From NCBI GenBank assembly GCA_031416315.1, contig JANOTL010000098.1:1-64000 (forward strand): a stretch of 64,000 bases of DNA, given 5' to 3'. Of this stretch, positions 1 to 8,754 are shown piece by piece (position 1 is the first letter of the stretch; each line of letters begins with the position of its first letter). Position numbers and translations under genes: made by a program. The notes under the pieces were generated by a model. The model saw only the letters and a list, made by a program, of their open reading frames with translations, was not told the DNA's origin and ran no database searches. Source of the DNA: Pseudomonadota bacterium. GTDB taxonomy: Bacteria; Bdellovibrionota_B; Oligoflexia; Oligoflexales; CAIYRB01.

Positions 1-497
1 ACCCCCATGTATTTCGGGATGGCGACGCCGAAGTCGTCGTGGTCGATCGTAAAGCGGCCGTCGCCCGTCTGCGCCGAGCCCTGATTTTTCAGGCTGAAAT
101 CGACACTCACCGGCTTGGTCACGCCGTGCAGGGTCAGCTTGCCGGAGAGCGTCAGGTCTTCGAGAAGCGTGCCGCTGGGGAGCGCCGAGGGGTCCAATAC
201 GAGGACGGCCTCCGGATACTTGCCGATCTCGAGGTACTTCGTCTTCATGTGCTCGTCGCGCAGGGCGATGCCGGTCGTCAGATCATCGAGCTTCACCTTC
301 ACGGTGGCGCCGACGAGGCGCGCGGTGCCGTCGAGGACGACGGTGCCCGTCGGACGGCCGCCCTCGCCGTTGATGCGCAGGAATCCGGGCTTCCCCGTGG
401 CCTTGAAAGTTGCGGCGCCGGAGTCGTCGAGCTTGTAGGTGGTGTCAGCGAAAGCCGGCGACGCGATCAGCGCCGAGAGCAGCAGAAACTTAATCAT
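1..497 (-). CDS. YceI family protein (partial, runs off the left edge; absent from the ORF track)
   Basis: Manual translation from ATG 497: MIKFLLLSALIASPAFADTTYKLD...LTTGIALRDEHMKTKYLEIGKYPEA...GKLTLHGVTKPV. Signal peptide plus YceI motifs TG..RD.H and G.LTLHGVTK. Confidence 0.85.
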   Translation of the reverse strand, partial: MIKFLLLSALIASPAFADTTYKLDDSGAATFKATGKPGFLRINGEGGRPTGTVVLDGTARLVGATVKVKLDDLTTGIALRDEHMKTKYLEIGKYPEAVLVLDPSALPSGTLLEDLTLSGKLTLHGVTKPVSVDFSLKNQGSAQTGDGRFTIDHDDFGVAIPKYMG

Positions 498-819
498 TGA
501 GAGCCCCGTTCGTGATCCACGTCTCGATCGCGGCGACCTCTTCCCAGCTGAGCTTCGCGCCGTACTTCGGCATTCTTCCTGCCTGGACCTCGCGCAGGAG
601 CGAGCTTTTCGTCGGCTCGCCCGGCACGACGATCTCGCGAAGGACCGCCGTGTGCTTTAGGATCTCCGCATGGCAGTTGGCGCAGCGCGACCGAAAAATG
701 CGGTCGCGCAGGGCGGAAAAGTGCGGCGGGAAGGCGACGCTCGCTGGCACGGACAACTCGCGACGGCCGCAGCCGGCAAGTACGAGCACGCTCAGGACGA
801 GGCATTCGACCGGTTTCAT
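490..819 (-). CDS. Small monoheme c-type cytochrome lipoprotein
   Basis: Lipobox LAGC, heme motif CANCH, distal GRMP, C-terminal L..EE...I..WI..GA helix. Confidence 0.75.
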   Translation of the reverse strand: MKPVECLVLSVLVLAGCGRRELSVPASVAFPPHFSALRDRIFRSRCANCHAEILKHTAVLREIVVPGEPTKSSLLREVQAGRMPKYGAKLSWEEVAAIETWITNGALND

Positions 820-929
820 GGACGCCCTCTCTGAGTGGGATTCTGGGGGCAGTCTATCGTGGTCCTTTGCCGGCTGATATCATTTAGAGCGACTCCAAAA
901 GCATCTCGCGTCTCGACGAGGTTTCCAGC

Positions 930-2813
930 GTGTGCGGCATCGCCGGCCAACTCTCCTCCGATCCGGCGCGCGCGCGGCGAGGCGTCGCGGCGATGCTCGC
1001 CGCCATGGCTCATCGGGGCCCCGACGGCGAAGGCACCACGGAGCGCGCGACGCCTGCCGGTAGCCTCGTCTTCGGCCATCGGCGCCTGGCCATCGTCGAC
1101 CTGTCGCCTTCGGGGCGGCAGCCGATGCGGCACGCGGCCAGCGGCAACGAGCTCGTCTTCAATGGCGAGATCTACGGTTTCGATCGCCTGCGCGCGCGGC
1201 TCGAGAAGGAAGGCGAGGCCTTTCGTGGCACGAGCGACACCGAGGTCCTGCTCGCGGCCCTGACGCTTTGGGGCGAGCGGACTTTCGACGAGATCGACGG
1301 CATGTATGCGCTGGCTTTCTTCGAGGCCAGAACGCAGCGTTTGCTGCTGGCGCGCGATCCCTGTGGCATCAAGCCGCTCTATGTGGCTCAGCCGGCGCCG
1401 GGCGAGCTCTTGTTCGCGAGCGAGACGCGTGCCGTGCTCGCTTCGGGAGCGGTCGCGTCGCACCTCGACCGCGAAGCGCTCGCGAGCTTTCTCGCCTATG
1501 GCTCCGTGATCGAGCCACGCACGATTCATGCGGGCATCGAGGCTTTGCCGCGAGGCAGCCTCCGTTGGTACGAGACCGGGGCGAACATGCGCGCGACGGC
1601 GCGACGGCTCTGGTCGCCGGCGGCCCCGCGCGCGGGGCTCACGCCGGAAGACGCGGCGAGCCAGTTGCGGGAGTCTTTGGCCGCGGCCGTCCGCACGCAC
1701 CTGGTCGCGGATGTTCCGGTGTCGGTCTTCCTTTCGTCGGGGATGGACAGCGCCGTGCTCGCCGGACTGGTCGCGAAGGCGGGGGCGAACGTGCTCGGGC
1801 TGACGGTGGGCGTCGGCCGCGAGCGCGAGGACGAGACGGTCGCGGCGCGGGAGAGCGCCGCGCGCCTCGGCATCGAGCACGAAGTGCTGACGGTCGACGA
1901 GGCCGCCGCTCGCGCGGCGGTGCCGCGCTGGCTCGCGGCCTCCGATCAGCCCTCGGCGGACGGTCTCAACACCTTTCTGGTCGCCGAGGCCGTGCGCGCC
2001 CGCGGCTTCAAGGTCGCCTTGAGCGGGCTCGGCGCCGACGAGCTCTTCGGCGGTTACGCGAGCTTCGCGCGTTTGCCGCGCCTTTCGCGGCAGCTCGCGA
2101 TGGTGCCGCGCTCGCTCGGTCGCACGCTCGGACGTATGGCACAGGCGCCGTTGGCTTTGCGCATGGGTAGGATGCGGGCAGAGAAATTCGAAGATCTGCT
2201 GGCGTCGCGTCGCGGCGTCGCGACGCCGCTCGCATTGGCGGCGGCGTACTTCGCGTGGCGGCGCACGCTGACGGCCGCGCGGCTGGAATCGCTCGGGCTC
2301 GTCGCGCCCGATGGCGAGATGCCGCAGGGCTCGAGCGCGGATCCCGCGTGGCAGATCTCGCAGCTCGAGTCGACGCACTACATGGGGAACACCCTGCTGC
2401 GCGATGCCGACGTCCAATCGATGGCGCACGGGCTCGAGGTGCGCGTGCCGTTTCTCGCGCGCTCGGTCCTCGATTTGGCGGCCTCTTTGCCCGTCGAGGC
2501 GAGAATGCCCGTGGAAGGGCGGCGCAAAGAGCTGCTGTGGCGCGCGTTCGCGGCGTCGATTCGCCCGGCGCTCGCGCAGGAGGCGAAGAAGGGCTTCTCG
2601 CTGCCGTTCGCGACTTGGCTCGCGGGGCCTTTGCGTGACTGGCGGGAGGCGAGTCTTGCGGCTTTGGGGCGCGCGGGCGTCGTCGACGCCGGGGGATTAA
2701 AGGCTTTGCTGCGGGATCTGGAGGAGGCGAAGGCCGATCCGACGGGGGCGCGGAGAATGCAGCTGTGTGTTTTGGGGGACTTTTTGGGGCGTGGTCATTC
2801 CCCACGGCTGTGA
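930..2813 (+). CDS. asnB: Asparagine synthase (glutamine-hydrolyzing) family amidotransferase
   Basis: MCGIAG Ntn start, GHRRLAIVD, FNGEIY, LSSGMDS, SGLGADELFGGY, SMAHGLEVRVPFL, KKGF. Confidence 0.9.
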   Translation: MCGIAGQLSSDPARARRGVAAMLAAMAHRGPDGEGTTERATPAGSLVFGHRRLAIVDLSPSGRQPMRHAASGNELVFNGEIYGFDRLRARLEKEGEAFRGTSDTEVLLAALTLWGERTFDEIDGMYALAFFEARTQRLLLARDPCGIKPLYVAQPAPGELLFASETRAVLASGAVASHLDREALASFLAYGSVIEPRTIHAGIEALPRGSLRWYETGANMRATARRLWSPAAPRAGLTPEDAASQLRESLAAAVRTHLVADVPVSVFLSSGMDSAVLAGLVAKAGANVLGLTVGVGREREDETVAARESAARLGIEHEVLTVDEAAARAAVPRWLAASDQPSADGLNTFLVAEAVRARGFKVALSGLGADELFGGYASFARLPRLSRQLAMVPRSLGRTLGRMAQAPLALRMGRMRAEKFEDLLASRRGVATPLALAAAYFAWRRTLTAARLESLGLVAPDGEMPQGSSADPAWQISQLESTHYMGNTLLRDADVQSMAHGLEVRVPFLARSVLDLAASLPVEARMPVEGRRKELLWRAFAASIRPALAQEAKKGFSLPFATWLAGPLRDWREASLAALGRAGVVDAGGLKALLRDLEEAKADPTGARRMQLCVLGDFLGRGHSPRL

Positions 2814-2836
2814 CGAATGCTCCCGCGATGGGCTAG

Positions 2837-3886
2837 CTAGTCGAAGTCGCCCAATTCGCCACCGTCGTCCGGCACCGGCACGCTCTCCCGCGGCGGCTCC
2901 CTAAGCCCCGCCTGCCCCAAGGTTCCCGTCGCCCCCGCGCCCGTGACGCTGTCCTTCGCGTCCCAGCGCGGAGGCGCCCAACCGTTGGTGTAGTTGAGGG
3001 TGCCGTTCCAGCCGTTGATCGAGAAGGTGGCGATGCCGCCGCCGTAGTAGGGAGAGTTGGCCTCGTAGGTCAGCGCGCCGAGGGAGGTCTCGATCGCGAG
3101 GACCTTCGGTCCGTTGACGTCGGTCGGCGGCAAGGATTCGCTGGCCTTCAGGCCGGCGAAGGTCTTGGTCGTGAGAGCCAGGCGGCACGGACGCACGACC
3201 ATCAGCTTCTTCTCGACGGGATCACGCTCGATCGCGCACAGCGTGCCGTCGGCGCCGGACCACATGAAATGACCTTCCTCGGAGGTCGCGACCTCGGTGA
3301 ACGTCCCGCCTTCGCCCGCCGTCTTCACGACCTTGCGCGCCGCGTAGCGCATCTCGGCGACGTAGTGGATGAGCGGGGCCGCGCCGCAAGCGCCGCCGGC
3401 GTCGCGGACCTCGCCGAGCGTCTTGTCGGCGAAACGCAGGAAGTCGCCGCCGACGCAGCCGATGACGATCGTGCCGCTGGCGCGGTTGGTGATCTCGGTG
3501 ACGGTCTCGTTGGTCTTTGGCAGCTCGTCGCAGAGCGCCGTCAGGTCGAGGTCGTACTCGATGCGGACGTTCTCCGAGGTGACGGAGACCGGCAGGGTCC
3601 GCAATTTCTGCGCGACGCAGGCGTCAATGCCGTTCGCGAGGCGGCTGAGCCCGGAGGTGCGGAGTGGCGGCGCCAGCAGGGCGTCGACGACCAGCTTCTG
3701 CAAAGCGCTCTCGCCGTTCAGAGCGGCGCGAACGTCATCGCCCTTAAGGGTGGAGGCCGGCGTTCCGGCAACCACGAACGGCGTGACGAGCGGCAGGGCG
3801 TCGGCCGAGCCCTTGCTATCCGGCTCGTCTTTGCTGCATCCCGCGAACGCGAGAACGAGGACAGACGACAAAACGCGACGCATCAT
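2837..3886 (-). CDS. Hypothetical Cys-rich lipoprotein (paralog of 57363..58394)
   Basis: Lipobox FAGC; GC.GGD and F..N.W.G...Y motifs shared with 57363..58394. Confidence 0.75.
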   Translation of the reverse strand: MMRRVLSSVLVLAFAGCSKDEPDSKGSADALPLVTPFVVAGTPASTLKGDDVRAALNGESALQKLVVDALLAPPLRTSGLSRLANGIDACVAQKLRTLPVSVTSENVRIEYDLDLTALCDELPKTNETVTEITNRASGTIVIGCVGGDFLRFADKTLGEVRDAGGACGAAPLIHYVAEMRYAARKVVKTAGEGGTFTEVATSEEGHFMWSGADGTLCAIERDPVEKKLMVVRPCRLALTTKTFAGLKASESLPPTDVNGPKVLAIETSLGALTYEANSPYYGGGIATFSINGWNGTLNYTNGWAPPRWDAKDSVTGAGATGTLGQAGLREPPRESVPVPDDGGELGDFD

Positions 3887-4020
3887 GGCGATTCCCTTTT
3901 TCGGCTCGGACGACGGACGTGGCCGGACCTTACCACCGCTTTTCCGTGCTGGACAAGGGCTCGCGGGTGGTGCAATTCCTTGATCCCAGTCCTGTCCTCG
4001 CGATGTCCCAGGGAGGCTTC

Positions 4021-5292
4021 ATGCGCCGCGTACTCCTCGTCCTTTGCCTTTTCGCCTCGGCCCCGGCCCAGGCGACCGAAACCCGCGTGCAAGCCTTGCA
4101 AGGCCAAGCCGGCGTTCAGGACGAGACCGACATCTTCCGCTACCCCGCCTTGGCGACGAGCTACAACCTGGCGCTGGCCGAGCTCGGCACGGCCGCGAAC
4201 ACCAACGTTTACGGTGCGGCGATCGGCGGTAACGGCGCCTTTGCCGGCGCAATCGCGGTAAGCCGCTCCGACTGGCTGCTCGACGGCGGCGTCCTCGGCA
4301 CGGATCGCTCGCTTTTCGAGCGCTACGAAGGCGCGCTCAGCAGCACCGCGAACAACGGCCCCTTTCTCGTCGGCGCCAAGCGCCCGATCGAGCTGATCGG
4401 CGCCATGAAGCTCGGCAAAGCCGGCCCCGCGATCGGCCTGCGCATCGCGCTCGCCACGCACCGCCGCCGCGAGGAAACGGGCGAAGGTGCCACGAAACGC
4501 ACCGTGAAACAGCTGGCCGAGCAGGTCGACGTCACGCTCGGCATCTCCGGCCCCGCCGGCGGCGGCAACTACGACGCGGGCGTCACGACGCACGCGCTCG
4601 CGCGGCAGGAGCGCGCCGAGTCGGCGCCGGGCGTCAGCTCGGGCGCCTCGGTGAAGAAAAAATCCGGCGGTCAGCTCTCCGGCCGCTACATCTTCGACCG
4701 CGACGGCTTCGGCCCCTACGTCGAAGGCACGTTCATGAAGCGCGGCTTCACGGCCAACGTGAAAAACGCGGCGGGCACGAAGTCGAGCGACTTCCTGGAG
4801 CAGCTCATCGCCGTCGAAGGCGGCTGGGCGGCGCAGTTCACCCAGCGGGAGGCGAAAGGCTACGGCGGCCTGATCCTCGCGCAGACGAACTCGCGCGGCC
4901 CGACGGTCACCGGCCAGGGCGGCAGCGTCGCGCCGAGCTTTCTGACGCGGGACGACGCGAGCGCGTCGATCAAGAGCACCATCCTGAGCGCTTCGCTCGC
5001 GGGCGAAGGCCTGATCTCCGGCGGCTTCGGCGCTCGCGCCGGCTTGCGCTACGCGCTGTACGGCACGACGGTGGAAACGGACAAGACCTCCGGCAGCCTG
5101 CGCAAAGTCGAGACGACGATCGACGAGACTCCGGACGGCAGCTTCTGGACCCTCGGCGCCTACTACAAAGAAGGACCTTTGGTGTTCGACGCGCTCTACA
5201 GCAAAGCGTTCCTGCACAATGGCCCGTACTTCGTCAGCGGCAGTGCGACCTCGCCGTTGTTCGGCCGCCTTTCGGCGAGCTATGCCTTCTGA
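4021..5292 (+). CDS. Outer-membrane beta-barrel protein (PopA-like porin superfamily candidate)
   Basis: GGAGG RBS before ATG 4021; signal peptide ending AQA; amphipathic strands; C-terminal ...SASYAF BAM signal. Confidence 0.75.
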   Translation: MRRVLLVLCLFASAPAQATETRVQALQGQAGVQDETDIFRYPALATSYNLALAELGTAANTNVYGAAIGGNGAFAGAIAVSRSDWLLDGGVLGTDRSLFERYEGALSSTANNGPFLVGAKRPIELIGAMKLGKAGPAIGLRIALATHRRREETGEGATKRTVKQLAEQVDVTLGISGPAGGGNYDAGVTTHALARQERAESAPGVSSGASVKKKSGGQLSGRYIFDRDGFGPYVEGTFMKRGFTANVKNAAGTKSSDFLEQLIAVEGGWAAQFTQREAKGYGGLILAQTNSRGPTVTGQGGSVAPSFLTRDDASASIKSTILSASLAGEGLISGGFGARAGLRYALYGTTVETDKTSGSLRKVETTIDETPDGSFWTLGAYYKEGPLVFDALYSKAFLHNGPYFVSGSATSPLFGRLSASYAF

Positions 5293-6014
5293 AGACGAGC
5301 GCGAAGCTAGGCGAGCTGTTCACCACCGACGACGGCAGCCTGAGCCTGCGGCACCCCGAGCACGGCGAGACCTATCACTCGCAGCTCGGAGCCGACGCTG
5401 AGGCGCGGCTCCTTTACGTCGAGGCCAGCGGCGTTCGCGACCGTTTCGCCACCGGGCAGCCGACCACCGTGCTCGACGTCGGCTTGGGCCTCGCTTACAA
5501 CGCGATCCACACGTTGCGCGCGTGGCACGAAGGCGGCGCAAAGGGGCCGCTGGAGATCGTCAGCCTGGAGATCGACGCGGATCTCGTCGCGGCGCTCGCG
5601 TCGGGAGTCGCTCCCTGGCAGGCCAATTGGGACGTAGCTGCTCTGGGCTGGTCGACGGCGCTTCGCCGGGCACCGGCGCAGGCGGATGGGACGATGAGGT
5701 GGCACGCCGAGGGGGCCGCCTTCGCCTGGACCGTCGTCGTCGCCGATGCCTCCACGCTCGCCGCCCTCCCCGCCGCCGCCCGCCCCTTCGACTTCGTGTG
5801 GCAGGACGCCTTCTCCCCGCAGAAGTCGCCCTCCCTTTGGACCGAAGGCTGGTTCGCGAAAGTTCGCGCCGTTTGCGCCCCCGGCGCAACCCTGATGACC
5901 TACAGCGTTGCGCGGCCCGTTCGCGAGGCGCTTGCCGCCGCTCGCTTCGAGCCGGTGAAGATCGCTGCCGCGCCGGGCCACAAGCGGCAATGGCTCAAGG
6001 CCACGGCGTCGTGA
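5289..6014 (+). CDS. mnmD: tRNA mnm5s2U34 methyltransferase, MnmC N-terminal/MnmD family; probable CTG start
   Basis: In-frame upstream of the track start (5469): TTDDGSLSL...GETYHSQLGA..EA...Y. Then LDVGLGLAYN, QDAFSP.KSP.LW, LMTYS, GHKRQWL. Confidence 0.85.
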   Translation: MKTSAKLGELFTTDDGSLSLRHPEHGETYHSQLGADAEARLLYVEASGVRDRFATGQPTTVLDVGLGLAYNAIHTLRAWHEGGAKGPLEIVSLEIDADLVAALASGVAPWQANWDVAALGWSTALRRAPAQADGTMRWHAEGAAFAWTVVVADASTLAALPAAARPFDFVWQDAFSPQKSPSLWTEGWFAKVRAVCAPGATLMTYSVARPVREALAAARFEPVKIAAAPGHKRQWLKATAS

Positions 6015-6102
6015 GATCTCAGCCTTTTCGAGGGCTTGCGATTCCGGGCCGCCGGCTCCTGCCGCCTTGCCTCGGCCGCCTTTCTTCCGCTATATGTGGG
6101 AA

Positions 6103-7464
6103 ATGGCGAACCCTGAATCCTATGACGTCATCATCGCTGGCGGCGGTCCCTCCGGGCTTTTGACCGCAGCCCGCCTGGCCGCGGCGCGCCCGGGGATCCG
6201 CATCGTCATTCTGGAGAAAGAGGCGATCCTCGGCGGTCGCTTGCGTGCCGCCCCGGTCGCGGGCCGCGCCATGAGCTACGGGCTGAACGGCGTCTCCGAC
6301 ACGCTCTTCGAGCTCTGGAACCAGACCCTGAAGCTCGACCCCGACGGACCCGACCTCGCGACGCTGACGCCGATGCGCCAAAGCGCCACCGGCGTCCTCG
6401 CCGGCAACCGCATCAACCAGATCGCCATCGACCAGTGGTTCACGCCGAAAGGCGCGCGCAACCTCGGCGGTTTCGCCGCCTCGCGGCAGTGGCCGGAGGT
6501 CGAGGAAATCCTTCGTGCCGGCGCCACCGCCGGCACGCTAGAAGACGATGACGAGGACGAAGGCGCCCTCGAAGAAGGCGACGCCGTCGAGATGAAGGCC
6601 GTCGCCGACAAGACGCATCCCTTCTCGCACTACTGGAAAAAGCAGCGCAAGTCGCCCGCCACGATCGTGATGGAGCACTTCGGCAGCGCCTACGGCATCC
6701 CCGACATTTGGAGCTCGACGCTGAACGCCCTGCAGGAGCGCTCCGGGTTCCACACTGGTCGCTTGCACTGCGGCAACTGGGACGAGGCGATCAATGCCTT
6801 GCTCGTCATTCCCGCCGTCGCCGAGGCCGTGAGCATCCGCCTTTCGAGCCGCATCGCGCGCGCCGAGAAGGACGCGGACGGCGTCTGGACGATCGCGGCC
6901 GAGAGCGGCGACTTCCGCGCTCCGACTCTGGTCGTGGCGCAGCCGCCCTGGCTCGCGGCGCACTGGCTCCCGCGCGGCTACTGGCCCCCGCATGTCCTGC
7001 AGATCGCGAGCAAGACGAAGCCGGTGAGCGCCGTCGTCATCTCCGAGCGCCTCCTGCTCCCGCAGATCGAGATCCCCGACGTTCTCGTCGTCCCGGCAGA
7101 GAAGGTCCAGATCATCCGCGTCAGCGAGCACGAGGTCTGCTTCCAAGCGACGATCGACTTCGAGCTGTCCTTACAGGCCCCCGCGGTGGTCAAAGCCGTG
7201 AAGCAGCTGAAGCGCGCGCGCAAGAAGCTCCTGATCCTGCATCCGGGCATCGTCAGCGAAGACGACCGCATCGCGCTCCAGACCGTGGCCTGGGCGCAGT
7301 CGCCCGCGCACGCCGATCGCCGCGTGCTCGAGCGCCTCGAGAAGAAGCCGTGCAGCACGAAATCGCTCGCCTTCGTGGGGGATGCCTACGGCGGCAGTTA
7401 CGACGGGGATCAAAACATCGTGCGGTCGCTGGGGCGAGCTGTGGAAGCAATGACGGCGCCTTGA
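6103..7464 (+). CDS. FAD/NAD(P)-dependent oxidoreductase
   Basis: YDVIIAGGGPSGL Rossmann motif, LEKEAILGGR, C-terminal LAFVGDAY; acidic insertion EDDDEDEG. Confidence 0.8.
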   Translation: MANPESYDVIIAGGGPSGLLTAARLAAARPGIRIVILEKEAILGGRLRAAPVAGRAMSYGLNGVSDTLFELWNQTLKLDPDGPDLATLTPMRQSATGVLAGNRINQIAIDQWFTPKGARNLGGFAASRQWPEVEEILRAGATAGTLEDDDEDEGALEEGDAVEMKAVADKTHPFSHYWKKQRKSPATIVMEHFGSAYGIPDIWSSTLNALQERSGFHTGRLHCGNWDEAINALLVIPAVAEAVSIRLSSRIARAEKDADGVWTIAAESGDFRAPTLVVAQPPWLAAHWLPRGYWPPHVLQIASKTKPVSAVVISERLLLPQIEIPDVLVVPAEKVQIIRVSEHEVCFQATIDFELSLQAPAVVKAVKQLKRARKKLLILHPGIVSEDDRIALQTVAWAQSPAHADRRVLERLEKKPCSTKSLAFVGDAYGGSYDGDQNIVRSLGRAVEAMTAP

Positions 7465-7501
7465 GCCAGAATCGCAATTGATTTCTTATGGTTAGCCTGG
7501 C

Positions 7502-7529
7502 TGAAGGTGCGCGAGGTTTTGTCCGATAA
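7502..7529 (+). promoter_or_regulatory. Putative sigma28 (FliA)-type promoter
   Basis: TGAA-N16-TCCGATAA, 6 nt before ATG 7536. Confidence 0.45.
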
Positions 7530-7535
7530 GGGGAA

Positions 7536-8714
7536 ATGCCCTACGTTCGGCAAAGCCTACGCGCCTCGTTCCTGGCAACGCTCGTCTTCATGACGGCGTG
7601 CCGCGGCGGCTCGTCGGACGATGGCGGCGCGACGAAGGCGACCGTGCCTACGGCGCCGGCCGCAGCCGCGCCCGCCGCGCCGGCACCGGATCCCGAGATC
7701 ATCGCGCCGGCTGACGTCGCGGCAAACGTCTCCGGCGCCTTTCTCACGGCCTGCTCCATGGATACCAGCACGTCGTTCGTGAACAAGGAAAACGAGAGCC
7801 AAGGCGTGGCCGCCTGCGTCCTTCAGAACGCCGCGAGCGAAGTCGCCGACGTCGAAAACGTCGTCATCGAAGCCGTGCGCATCGACGGCTCCCGTTATTT
7901 TCCAGAGGTCGTCGCCAAAGAGGTGATGCTCACGCCGTGGCATGCCGGCGTGCGCGTGCCGAACGACGAGGTGACAAAGCTCGCGAGCTTCGACGTTACC
8001 TACAACGAGACGGGCAAGACCCCGGCGGTCGCGACGACCGCTGACTTCTACTACGACTGGCCGAGCGACCCCACGTTCGACACGATCATCAGCCTCATCC
8101 GCCAGCTCTCCCGCCCGGTCAAGAAGTGGAAGTTCGACCTCTGGGGCAATATCCAAATCCATGTGGCCAACGGCCGGCCCTTTCACTTCCGCTTCGTCAC
8201 GGACGATCGCTACGACGGCAACCTTGGCGGGCTCGCCGGCGCCGACGCCAAATGCACGGCCGCCGGTCAAACTTTGTTCCCGGGCCGTAAGTTTCAGGCG
8301 ATTCTGAGTGATGCGAAGTCCGCGGCGGTTGATCGCATCGAGGTCGAGGGGCGGATATTGGACTACTCCGGCGAAGACCACCCGGGCGACTCCCTGTTCG
8401 ACAGCCTTACCCACTATTGGACCTTCGCGGTCACCGAGCGCGGCAACGACGCGGGAAGCCTGATCGAAGGGACGGATTCGCAACAGTTCAACTACTACGC
8501 GTGGTCTGGCTCGCGCGACGACGGCACGCAAGCCCCCGGCGGCTCTTTCTGTCAGGACTGGACGACGAACGCGTCGACCATCCTCGGCTTCATCGGGCTC
8601 ACCGAGGAGCCTAAGAAGTGGCTCGAGCTCAAGCCCTGGCCCTGCTCGAAAGGCGCACGCCTTTACTGCATCAGTGAATTCAGCGCATCCGCGCCAGTTT
8701 CACCGGCGCAATAA
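7536..8714 (+). CDS. Lipoprotein with N-terminal PADVAANVSGAFL module and C-terminal DUF1554-like domain
   Basis: Lipobox MTAC; FVT...YDGNLGGLAGADAKC, F.AILSD, W.GS...G, C.DWT, C....RLYC. Confidence 0.8.
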   Translation: MPYVRQSLRASFLATLVFMTACRGGSSDDGGATKATVPTAPAAAAPAAPAPDPEIIAPADVAANVSGAFLTACSMDTSTSFVNKENESQGVAACVLQNAASEVADVENVVIEAVRIDGSRYFPEVVAKEVMLTPWHAGVRVPNDEVTKLASFDVTYNETGKTPAVATTADFYYDWPSDPTFDTIISLIRQLSRPVKKWKFDLWGNIQIHVANGRPFHFRFVTDDRYDGNLGGLAGADAKCTAAGQTLFPGRKFQAILSDAKSAAVDRIEVEGRILDYSGEDHPGDSLFDSLTHYWTFAVTERGNDAGSLIEGTDSQQFNYYAWSGSRDDGTQAPGGSFCQDWTTNASTILGFIGLTEEPKKWLELKPWPCSKGARLYCISEFSASAPVSPAQ

Positions 8715-8754
8715 TCGGCAGGCTCTCGTCACGCCGCGCTGGTATCGTGGACCT

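Noticed and set aside
930..2813. asnB as a lasso-peptide cyclase
   Set aside because: The Ntn Cys2 glutaminase domain is intact and there is no precursor, B protein or RRE nearby.
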